Shown: positions 1 to 8,327 of the stretch, in pieces
Position numbering within the stretch: the first letter of the stretch is position 1
Layout of the letters: each line of letters begins with the position of its first letter
From: Cyanophyceae cyanobacterium
GTDB taxonomy: Bacteria > Cyanobacteriota > Cyanobacteriia > Cyanobacteriales > Laspinemataceae
NCBI GenBank assembly: GCA_038321985.1
Contig: JBBQFN010000008.1
Coordinates: forward strand, 96,001-160,000
Direction: 5' to 3'
DNA: 64,000 bases
Translations under genes and position numbers: made by a program
The notes under the pieces: model-generated
What the model saw: the letters and a program-made list of their open reading frames with translations, nothing else
Database searches by the model: none
Told to the model about the DNA's origin: nothing

Positions 1-389
1 CAGTGGACCTGAGAGTCTGGGCAAAACCCGATGGCACGGTTCATTTAGTCTCCGTGGGGAGTGAAATTCGAGGGGTAGAATATATCGATCGCCGCTTCTG
101 CCTGGATCTGGTGGGAAAACTCTCCCCGGTTGAGCGCGGTGGGGTGACTTATTTGATAGGAAAAGCGGATTTAGTCGTAGAGGTAGATTTGCCACTGCCC
201 TTGTCTATGGCCCCCAAACCGTTATTAGAAACGACGGGAAATGGATTGCTAAAGAGTGTATTGCTGACGATTAAGCAGCGTTTAATGCACCAGCTTTTGC
301 TAGATTATCGTCACTGGGCATCGGATGCAAATGAAACAGACTTGACGGTTGGTAGTCCGGTCCTTTCGCCGAATTCACCCCCGGCATAA
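1..389 (+). CDS. DUF1997 family protein (5'-truncated by window edge)
   Basis: C-terminal motif '...ADLVVEVDLPLPLSMAPKPLLETTGNGLLKSVLLTIKQRLMHQLLLDY..W' is typical of cyanobacterial DUF1997; clear paralog of the next ORF. Confidence 0.8.
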   Translation, partial: VDLRVWAKPDGTVHLVSVGSEIRGVEYIDRRFCLDLVGKLSPVERGGVTYLIGKADLVVEVDLPLPLSMAPKPLLETTGNGLLKSVLLTIKQRLMHQLLLDYRHWASDANETDLTVGSPVLSPNSPPA

Positions 390-509
390 AAAAGGGCGGG
401 CGGGCAATCGCCAGTTTAGGACCGGGGAATCTGAAAATATTGCAAAGAACTGTAAACTATTGTAAGGTTTACCCATCACACTTAATAAATATTAATAGAG
501 TCTCCTCCC

Positions 510-1064
510 ATGTATTATCAGTTTGTTGCTACACAATCGGTTGATCTGGCTGTTCCACCCCAACCCGTAGGGATTGAGACATATTTGCAGTCCCCCGAAC
601 GGATTGTTAGGGCGATCGCCGATCCCAGTTGCATCGAACAGTTGAGCGGTAATTGCTATCGCCTGAGAATGCGCCCCTTAAACTTTTTTACTTTAAAAAT
701 TGAGCCAACCGTAGACATGAAGATTTGGGCAGATGCGGAAAAAACGATTTATTTAGAATCGGTGGGTTGTGATTTGCGCGGGATTGAAACCATTAACGAA
801 CACTTTCAGTTAGAACTGAGTGGGACGATGGAAGCGTATCGGCAGAAAGGAAAATCTTATTTAGGCGGGGATGCAGAATTAGGGTTAACTATTTATTTAC
901 CCCCTCCGTTTTCGATGATGCCGAAGTCGGTCATTCAAAGTACAGGGAATAATTTACTCGGAAACGTCCTGCTGAAAATGAAGCAAGGATTAATGCAGCA
1001 GTTATTATTAGATTACCAAATTTGGGCAACCGCAGAACAAGGGAAAAAACTGGTAGCGGCATAG
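510..1064 (+). CDS. DUF1997 family protein
   Basis: 'F.ATQSVDLAVP...IETYLQSPERIVRAIADP...YRLRMRPLNFF...QSTGNNLLGNVL' matches the DUF1997 pattern. Confidence 0.82.
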   Translation: MYYQFVATQSVDLAVPPQPVGIETYLQSPERIVRAIADPSCIEQLSGNCYRLRMRPLNFFTLKIEPTVDMKIWADAEKTIYLESVGCDLRGIETINEHFQLELSGTMEAYRQKGKSYLGGDAELGLTIYLPPPFSMMPKSVIQSTGNNLLGNVLLKMKQGLMQQLLLDYQIWATAEQGKKLVAA

Positions 1065-1079
1065 AGAAGACTGATGCAG

Positions 1080-1134
1080 CTTGAGAAGTTTGTAGAGGCA
1101 ACCACCCCGGCGTTACCCTTACAAACTTCTCAAG
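1080..1134. repeat. REP-like hairpin / possible terminator after the DUF1997 pair
   Basis: Perfect 15-bp inverted repeat cttgagaagtttgta (1080-1094) / tacaaacttctcaag (1120-1134) enclosing a GTAGAGGCAAC...GTTACCCTTAC core. Confidence 0.6.
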
Positions 1135-1325
1135 CGCTAGGCAGGGGAGTAAGTCCTGTAAATTTAAGAATTTTTTAATATCTAAAACTGAGGAAGAAGT
1201 TAATCGAGGTTCACCGTAAGCGATCGCCCCGCGCAGATAAAGACTCACATTTCACCCCCAACCGTGGAGGGTGAAATTCTTTGAGTAAGAAATACGGATT
1301 AGGCGATCGTAGCGACATTTTGCCA

Positions 1326-1354
1326 TTGACTCATTGAGCCGTCGAGAATAAGAT
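1326..1354 (+). promoter_or_regulatory. Putative sigma70-type promoter upstream of the IS630-like HTH gene
   Basis: TTGACT (1326-1331), 17-nt spacer, TAAGAT (1349-1354); each box is 5/6 to consensus. Confidence 0.5.
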
Positions 1355-1611
1355 ATGGGTAGCATTTGATTTTAATCCCAAAACGGGATAAGGATGCCTC
1401 TGTGCCCGCCCACTTCTTACCCACTTAGTATAGAGTCCTCCAGGTAAGCGGGACGCGGACTTAACCGGAGGAACATCCGTCATGAACCTGTTTGGCGATC
1501 GCAACCGCTAGAATGCCCGCGACTGTTTTTACCACAGCGAGGGAGAGTTCCTAGTGTCTGTTAATCTCGCCAAAATTAAGCTGGAGTTATTTTAATTAGA
1601 GCGATTGTAAA

Positions 1612-2106
1612 ATGGCGAACACTCTCAAGTTAGATATCAAAGAACCAGCGGATGAACTCAAAACTCGTTTCAAAAAAGAGACGAACTCTCAAAAAAAAGA
1701 AAGGCTACACGCTTTGTACTTGCTAAAATCAGGTAAAGTTTCCACCCTGGAATCCCTTTCAAAACTATTATCGAGAGATACCTCTACTCTATATCGCTGG
1801 TTTCAAAAGTACAAACAGGAAGGATTGGACGGATTACTCAAAGTCTATAAACCGGCGGGAAGGCCGATTACTATTCCCCCCGATGCCTTAGAAAAACTGA
1901 AATTAAGAATTCAACAACCTGAAGGCTTTAACAGCTATGGAGAAATTCAATCTTGGCTGAAAGAAGCCTGTGGAGTTGATGTTGATTATCATGTTGTTTA
2001 TCGGGCCGTTCGCTATAAATTTAAAGGGAAATGTAAGGCTCCTCGACGCTCAAGATTAAAAAGAAGTTCTTCCCTTTCCCGTTTTCAGCTTACTGCGGCA
2101 AATTGA
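1612..2106 (+). CDS. Stand-alone winged-HTH protein homologous to the N-terminal DNA-binding half of cyanobacterial IS630-family transposases; no DDE domain
   Basis: 'KLDIKEP..ELK...KERLHALYLLKS...TLYRWFQKYKQEGLDGLL...GRP..IP...GFNSYGEIQSWL...YHVVYRAVRYK..KAPR' follows the IS630 ORF-A pattern; no catalytic ORF is visible downstream. Confidence 0.75.
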   Translation: MANTLKLDIKEPADELKTRFKKETNSQKKERLHALYLLKSGKVSTLESLSKLLSRDTSTLYRWFQKYKQEGLDGLLKVYKPAGRPITIPPDALEKLKLRIQQPEGFNSYGEIQSWLKEACGVDVDYHVVYRAVRYKFKGKCKAPRRSRLKRSSSLSRFQLTAAN

Positions 2107-2329
2107 GTTAAATAAAACCCTAAAGCGATGATTAAAGAGAGCTTTTCGTAAGTTTTACCTCAAAAAAGCGAAAATGCTCAATTTAAAAATTGTGTTTAAG
2201 GAAAAATTAGTTTATATTTTTTGGAGCCTCTCTAAAAAATATAACAGGATAGAACTGCGATCGCCTTTTGGAGATGCAGTTATTTTTTTGATTATAACTT
2301 TTTTCACAGGTATGAAATACATTTTTTCT

Positions 2330-2372
2330 TTTGGAGTGCGTAAGCCCGGGCGTAGGCTTTACGCACTCCAAA
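2330..2372. repeat. Hairpin (REP-like or bidirectional terminator) between the convergent HTH and cheB genes
   Basis: tttggagtgcgtaagcc / ggctttacgcactccaaa inverted repeat with a 1-nt bulge. Confidence 0.55.
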
Positions 2373-2540
2373 TTCCATACATATCCTAACCATTGTATCT
2401 GTACCTTACCGGACTGGAAAACGCTATCTTACTAAGACTAATAACCTCCCCTGAAAAAATAAATTTTTATTAAAAACTTCTGAAAAATGCTGAAACACTT
2501 AACTTAAGATTGTTGAATAAGCATTTAAGAGCTTAAAATC

Positions 2541-3587
2541 TCACAGGCGATCCAGAATAGTTTGTGCCATGCAGTCCAGGGGTATGCTTTGGTCACTTAA
2601 GCCCGCTTCGACGACTGATCGCGGCATTCCGTAGACGATACAACTTTCTTCAGCTTCCGTTAAAATAGTGCCACCGCGAGATTTAATCCAAGCGGAACCT
2701 TGAGTGCCATCGGAACCCATCCCCGTCATCACCACCCCCAAGACGCGATTGCCAAACACCTCAGCAGCCGATTGAAACATTACATCCACGGAGGGACGAT
2801 GAAGCGTATCGAACGGGCGAGCATCAAGATGTGTCCTTACCGTGCCATCATTTTGACGAACAAAGGTTAAATGCCGTCCCGCAGCAGCGATGAATACCAC
2901 ACCGGGTTCGAGAAGTTGCCCTTCCGAGGCTTCTACAACCTTCAGTAACGAAATATCATTAAGTCGTCTTGCATACATTTCCGTATAACCAACCGGCATA
3001 TGTAAAACGATCGCCACTGGGACCGACAAATTAGCCGGCAACTGAGCGATTAAAAAAGCCAGGGCCTGGGGACCCCCGGTAGAAATTCCGATCGCCACTA
3101 GGTTAACCAGTCCCGATTGAGGGGATGAAGCTATCACCTTAATCAAATCAACAGGACGTTCCTTCATTACCGGCAAGCGGTTTAAAGGGACATTTGCAGC
3201 CGCTTTAACCTTTTCGATTAATTCATTGCTGATCTCAAAAATCTTTTCATTTGCTAAAGCCGTAGGCTTTTGCAAAAAGTCAACAGCGCCCGCATCCAGT
3301 GCGGCGAGTACCAGTTCTCCCCCTTCACTGGCAATGCTGATAATGACCACGGGAATTGGACGAAGGGCCATTTGTTTATGCAAGAATTCCACCCCGTCCA
3401 TTTCGGGCATGATCAAGTCTAGCGTTACCACATCTGGGTTAAGTTTTTCGATCGCCTCTAATGCTTCCTGTCCGTCTCGGGATGTTCCTACCACTTCAAT
3501 AAATGGAGAACGCAATAGCATTTGCTTAACGACCTTACGGACATAAGCGGAATCATCTACCACCAAAACTCGTATAATATTATTCAT
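2541..3587 (-). CDS. cheB: Chemotaxis methylesterase CheB (REC + methylesterase)
   Basis: N-terminal REC (VLVVDDS...TLDLIMP); catalytic motifs GISTGGP, VLHMP, HRPSVD, MTGMGSDG and VYGMP intact. Confidence 0.96.
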   Translation of the reverse strand: MNNIIRVLVVDDSAYVRKVVKQMLLRSPFIEVVGTSRDGQEALEAIEKLNPDVVTLDLIMPEMDGVEFLHKQMALRPIPVVIISIASEGGELVLAALDAGAVDFLQKPTALANEKIFEISNELIEKVKAAANVPLNRLPVMKERPVDLIKVIASSPQSGLVNLVAIGISTGGPQALAFLIAQLPANLSVPVAIVLHMPVGYTEMYARRLNDISLLKVVEASEGQLLEPGVVFIAAAGRHLTFVRQNDGTVRTHLDARPFDTLHRPSVDVMFQSAAEVFGNRVLGVVMTGMGSDGTQGSAWIKSRGGTILTEAEESCIVYGMPRSVVEAGLSDQSIPLDCMAQTILDRL

Positions 3588-3819
3588 ACCACTCGCGATT
3601 GATTGATTGAATTATTAGCCATAAATCGCTAAACGTCAACCTAATTTTTTTTATTTTAGAGCTAGAAACAATTTATATTAGACCTCTTGTAAAATTCGGG
3701 AGCGACTCCCCCAAACCCCCTTATTAACGCTAATAGGCTTTTTACAATCCGGCAAAAAATCTATTAAATTATACCACTAGGTCTTAAAAATTTTGTAGCT
3801 TCAATTAAATTATTTTCTA

Positions 3820-4710
3820 TTAAAACCCGGGTGGTTCTTCTTTTACATAAACAAAAGCGCCGCCTATTTCTTGCAATTCAAAATCACTATTGAGCTTAAG
3901 TAAGGATTCAGAAGAACCTAAAAAAAGATAGGCGCGATTTGGCATTCCTTGATAAAAAGACTCAACTGTTTTACGAATAGAATCCGGGGAAAAGTAAATA
4001 AAGACATTGCGACAGAAAATTATATCAGATTGAGTAAACGGCTCAATTTCTGTGTTTTTCATTAAATTGGCAATATTCCATTGAATGCGCTTTTTCAGGG
4101 CAGAGGATACTTGCCAACCGCCTTCGGATTTGGTAAAGTATTTTTCTCGAAGTCCCGCCGGAAAATTGCGAAAAGACCGATCGCGGTAAACTCCTTTTTG
4201 AGCTTTAGCGATCGCCCCCGAAGCTGCATCGGATGCGTACAGTTCAATGGGTAAGCGTTCAAACCAGCCTCCTTCCTCCAATGCCATCACAATCGACAGG
4301 GGTTCTTCTCCCGTAGCGCAGGCAGCACTCCAAATTCGGAGTGGCTTGGAGGAAAAGGAATAAGAACCCCCGGGGGAAAAATTCCCTCGACGCTCTGCCA
4401 AATATTGAGGTAATAAGACCTTAACTAGAGCAGTTAAAGCATCGTTTTCTCGCCAAAAAAAAGTTTCCTGTACTGAAAGGGCATCAATTGCCGACCGCCA
4501 CTCATCTGAGGCGATCGCATCGTATTTTAGCAGATAGTAATAATCTAAAAATGAATTTAAACCCCGCTCAATCACACGAGGAGTAAGTTTATCTGCTAAA
4601 ATTTCGCGCTTGTCCTGTTCATAGTATAAACCAGCCTGTTCATGAATCAAATCGCGCAGAATAATAAAAACACTATCTGTTAATTGTAAAGACTTTGGAA
4701 AAAATCTCAT
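3820..4710 (-). CDS. cheR: Chemotaxis methyltransferase CheR
   Basis: VQETFFWRE, RIWSAACATGEEPLS and DIIFCRNVFIYF motifs; start placed at the ATG of MRFFPK. Confidence 0.95.
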   Translation of the reverse strand: MRFFPKSLQLTDSVFIILRDLIHEQAGLYYEQDKREILADKLTPRVIERGLNSFLDYYYLLKYDAIASDEWRSAIDALSVQETFFWRENDALTALVKVLLPQYLAERRGNFSPGGSYSFSSKPLRIWSAACATGEEPLSIVMALEEGGWFERLPIELYASDAASGAIAKAQKGVYRDRSFRNFPAGLREKYFTKSEGGWQVSSALKKRIQWNIANLMKNTEIEPFTQSDIIFCRNVFIYFSPDSIRKTVESFYQGMPNRAYLFLGSSESLLKLNSDFELQEIGGAFVYVKEEPPGF

Positions 4711-4948
4711 TGCTAAAATATGAAGAACATAGAAACCTTTGATGAGAGGCAAGTCTGAGGAATTACATACAGATTTGAACGGAAAAAATCCCGAGATGAA
4801 ACCCAGGGATTTAAAGTTAGGTTGGCCCCCTCAGTTAAAAACCTTGGACCCTCCAAAGCTAAAAATTTGGCTCAAGGGACTTTAGGAAGTTAAAAAGCGG
4901 TGAAAACTCAGCCCTTAAGCAACAACCTACCCCCACTCTCCCCAAGAA

Positions 4949-7900
4949 TTAGCTTTGCAGAACCTTACGCGCAGCGCGGCGAACGGTCGTATCCGCATCC
5001 GTGCGCGCCAAAATCACCAACTTATCCTCGCATAGGCGGTTTCCCAGATGCCCCAGGGCTGTAACCGCAGCCAGCCTCACCTGAGCCTCCCGATCATCCA
5101 AGGCCCCAATCAACAGTTCCGAAGCGCAGGGATGTTTTAAGCGCGTCAGAATCTCCACCACCGCTGTGCGGACTGCCGGGTGCCCATGGTGCAGTCCCAG
5201 CCCCACCGCCTCAATATACGCTTCCATGCAAACCGGCCCTGAACTGCCCGGGCTATTATATCCCGTGCTGCCTTCTCGTTTCACTGTCGCCCCCCGGTTG
5301 GCTAGAGTGTTGATGCAGGGTTCCCGGCACGTCGGGTCTACCGTCAGGTCCAGCAGAGAGGCCACCGCTTCCGGGGTTCCCATCCGCCCTAGAGAGTCGA
5401 TCGCCGCTTGCACCACTCGGGTTTCTGGGTCCGCAGCCCCTAGCCACTGCAGCGCCACCCCCGCTTCCATCCCCCCTCGTTCCTTGAACGCTTCTAACGC
5501 ATCCAGTCTCCGTTCCGCTTGGTCTGAATTGAGCGCGTTTAACAGCGGCGTCAGAGCACTAGGATCCTGGATTCGCCCCAGAGCCCGCAGCGCCGCCCGC
5601 ACCACATCCTCCTCCGTTCCTTGAGCGATCGCCCCTAAGATATCCACCGCCTGAGCTTGCCCAAAATGCCCTAACGCCTCCGTCGCACAAGCCCGTACCG
5701 GATTCGCTGGGTCCTTCAACGCTAACAGTTCCAACGTTTCTAGGAAATTTTCCGGCTGCCCTACCCCTGAAGTCCAAGCCGGCAAAAACCACAAATTCTC
5801 CCGAGTTTGAGCCAGACTCACCAGGGCGGATATCGCATAATAGCGCACCCAGGAATCCTCATCCTGGAGAGCCTTAAGTAAATAACCGTAACTCACCGGA
5901 CTAGCTATTTCCCCCAAAGCCCGCGCCGCCGCCGCCCGCACCTGGGGGCTATCCCTACTCAGCGCCCCGTCTAGCACCTCCAAGGCCCGTTCCTCCTTTT
6001 CCAGATAAGGCAAATGCTCGATCGCCGCACGGCGCACCCGTTCATCCGGGTCCTGGCACAGTTCAAATAGCCTGTCGATACAGTTACTAAAAGCAAAATA
6101 TCCAGCAATTTTAACCGCAGATTCCCGGCGGTGAGGGTTCGGGTCCCCCAGCAGAATTAAAGTCCGTTCCGCCATCCCCGGATGCCCCAGGGAATTCAAA
6201 GCCGCGATCGCACAAAGTCGCACCGAAATATCCGGATGACCCAACAGATTGACCAGGGCCTCAAACGACGAGCGATCGCCAATTTGAGCCAAGGCTGCTG
6301 CCGTAACTCTCACCAGGTCCGCCTCTGGATTTAACAACTGTTCAATTAACGCCGGAACCGCCTGGGTACTTCCAATCCGCCCTAAAGCAATAATCAGCGA
6401 TCGCCGCGTCTGCAAATCCTCCGTCTCCAGCTTGCCAATCAGCAAAGGGCTAATTCGGCTCCCTCTGACAATCAACCCCTTTAAAACCATCTCTGTCAGC
6501 AACCGATTACCCAGCAACTCCCCTAGAGTTTCCTCCACCGCCTCTCCCGGGAGCCACCCTAAAATCAGCGCCAACCCTTGCAATTCTTGCGGATTCGCCC
6601 CGTTGAGCGCCTGAATTAAATTCCCCACCCCCGCACCGCCCACTTGGGCCCGGGTGAGGTCCGCGATATGGACCCCTTCCCCGAAAAGGCTTTGATAGCG
6701 GTGGTAAATCGCTGCGATCGCCAACGCAACTTCCCGAATCGGCACCCCCGAAAAATTTAAAATTTCCCCCAGCGCCTCCACCACATCCGCATCCCCTAAC
6801 TGACCTAGGGCATCCGCAATTTGAGCACAGAGCAAATCATTCCCCAGCATCGGACACAGCCTCGGGGCAATCGTGCGATCGCCAATCCGAATTAAAGCAT
6901 CAATCGCCGGAAACGCCAGGAAAAAATCCCCCGACTCAGCCAGCCCAATTAAATCTTCCACCGCATCCATCGCCCGCAAGCGGCCCAGGGCTTCAATCGC
7001 ATGATAAATTACATTCCGGTCCGGGTCCCTTAACGCCTCAATCAAGCTCGGCACAGCCCTTTCATCATGGCGCTCACCCAAAGCCAAAGCCGTATAAACC
7101 CGTAAATCCGCGTCAGAATCCTTCAGGCATTCAATTAAAGACGGAATCGGGTCAACATCACTCAGCACCAAAATTTGCAGAATACTATTGAGCACATTCG
7201 GGTTGCGGTGCTGTTCACGCAACATCCGCAGCAGTTCCAACGAAATAGCCGGGTCATTTTGGCGCGCAATAGTATCCACAGCCTCCCGGCGCACCCGCCA
7301 ACTCAGGGTATTTTTGAGCAACGGCAGCAGCCTCGGGGCGATCGCGCGATCGCAAATCCTCATCAACGCATCCAACGCCGGAAAAGCTAAGAAAAAATCA
7401 TTAGACTCCGCCAAAGCCACCAGAGACTCCACCGCCTCCGGAGCCCGTAACTGTCCCAAAGCATCGATCGCGTGATACCTCACATTCGCATCCACATCCT
7501 CCAGCGCCGCAATTAAAGGCTGGATAGCCCGCCGGTCCTGACGCTCACCCAAAGCCAAAGCCCCATAAATTCGCAAATCCGCCTCAGAATCCCTCAGACA
7601 CTCCACCAGCGCCGGAATTATATCCACCTGAGAAAGCGCCAGCACCTGAAGCACCCCATTTAAAACCCCCGGATTGCCATGTTGCGTCCGCAACAATTGC
7701 AACAACTCCTGAGTCAGGCCCGGATTATTTCGCAACCCCAGACCCTCCACCGCATCCCGGCGCACCTGCCAATTTTTATCCTGTAGCCCTTGCAAAAGCC
7801 GACTCACCTCAAAACTTTCCCCCGCTTGTTCCTCCAAGCTCCCCTCTGGGGAGTCCGTTTGTAAGCGCTCCCTTCCCCTCACCTGCTCCAATAGTTCCCG

Positions 7901-8260
7901 TTCTCCCTCCAGGCGGGGCGTCACATCCTCCAGCGTTACAATAGTCCCCACAATTCGCTCCTGATCCCGCAAAGGGCCAATCGTCACCCGCTGTTGCATC
8001 TGCTCATAATATTTAGAAGGAATCAACGGCGGACAGGGGATTAAATAATGATGCAGACTAGGGGCCAGAGTTTCCACAACCCCCTCCCTCAGCACCCGCT
8101 CAAACCGCGCCGCAAATCCTCGGCCCTCCAAATCCGGAGCCAAAGTACCCAAATGCAGCCCACAGGCCGTCTCTCCATTAACCCCCGTCATCTGAGCCAA
8201 CCTCGGGTCCCAGGAACGGACAATTAAATTTATATCAGTCGTAAAAATGCTTATAGTCAT
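4949..8260 (-). CDS. PAS-domain + long HEAT (PBS lyase-like) repeat protein, Cpc7-like
   Basis: N-terminal PAS-like segment (IFTTDINLIVRSWD...IVGTIVTLEDVT) followed by many HEAT repeats (D..VRY.AI.ALG.L); lies inside the che operon. Confidence 0.88.
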   Translation of the reverse strand: MTISIFTTDINLIVRSWDPRLAQMTGVNGETACGLHLGTLAPDLEGRGFAARFERVLREGVVETLAPSLHHYLIPCPPLIPSKYYEQMQQRVTIGPLRDQERIVGTIVTLEDVTPRLEGERELLEQVRGRERLQTDSPEGSLEEQAGESFEVSRLLQGLQDKNWQVRRDAVEGLGLRNNPGLTQELLQLLRTQHGNPGVLNGVLQVLALSQVDIIPALVECLRDSEADLRIYGALALGERQDRRAIQPLIAALEDVDANVRYHAIDALGQLRAPEAVESLVALAESNDFFLAFPALDALMRICDRAIAPRLLPLLKNTLSWRVRREAVDTIARQNDPAISLELLRMLREQHRNPNVLNSILQILVLSDVDPIPSLIECLKDSDADLRVYTALALGERHDERAVPSLIEALRDPDRNVIYHAIEALGRLRAMDAVEDLIGLAESGDFFLAFPAIDALIRIGDRTIAPRLCPMLGNDLLCAQIADALGQLGDADVVEALGEILNFSGVPIREVALAIAAIYHRYQSLFGEGVHIADLTRAQVGGAGVGNLIQALNGANPQELQGLALILGWLPGEAVEETLGELLGNRLLTEMVLKGLIVRGSRISPLLIGKLETEDLQTRRSLIIALGRIGSTQAVPALIEQLLNPEADLVRVTAAALAQIGDRSSFEALVNLLGHPDISVRLCAIAALNSLGHPGMAERTLILLGDPNPHRRESAVKIAGYFAFSNCIDRLFELCQDPDERVRRAAIEHLPYLEKEERALEVLDGALSRDSPQVRAAAARALGEIASPVSYGYLLKALQDEDSWVRYYAISALVSLAQTRENLWFLPAWTSGVGQPENFLETLELLALKDPANPVRACATEALGHFGQAQAVDILGAIAQGTEEDVVRAALRALGRIQDPSALTPLLNALNSDQAERRLDALEAFKERGGMEAGVALQWLGAADPETRVVQAAIDSLGRMGTPEAVASLLDLTVDPTCREPCINTLANRGATVKREGSTGYNSPGSSGPVCMEAYIEAVGLGLHHGHPAVRTAVVEILTRLKHPCASELLIGALDDREAQVRLAAVTALGHLGNRLCEDKLVILARTDADTTVRRAARKVLQS

Positions 8261-8327
8261 GAGCCGTTAGACCTTTTACTGAGTGGGGGATAGCAGCAGA
8301 TGAGCCTTTAAAGAATTAATCCTTAAA

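Noticed and set aside
1500..1545. 'gcccgcgactgt' resembling part of a cobalamin riboswitch
   Set aside because: The other conserved elements (AGGGAA..GGTG.AA.TCC and the B12 box) are not present.
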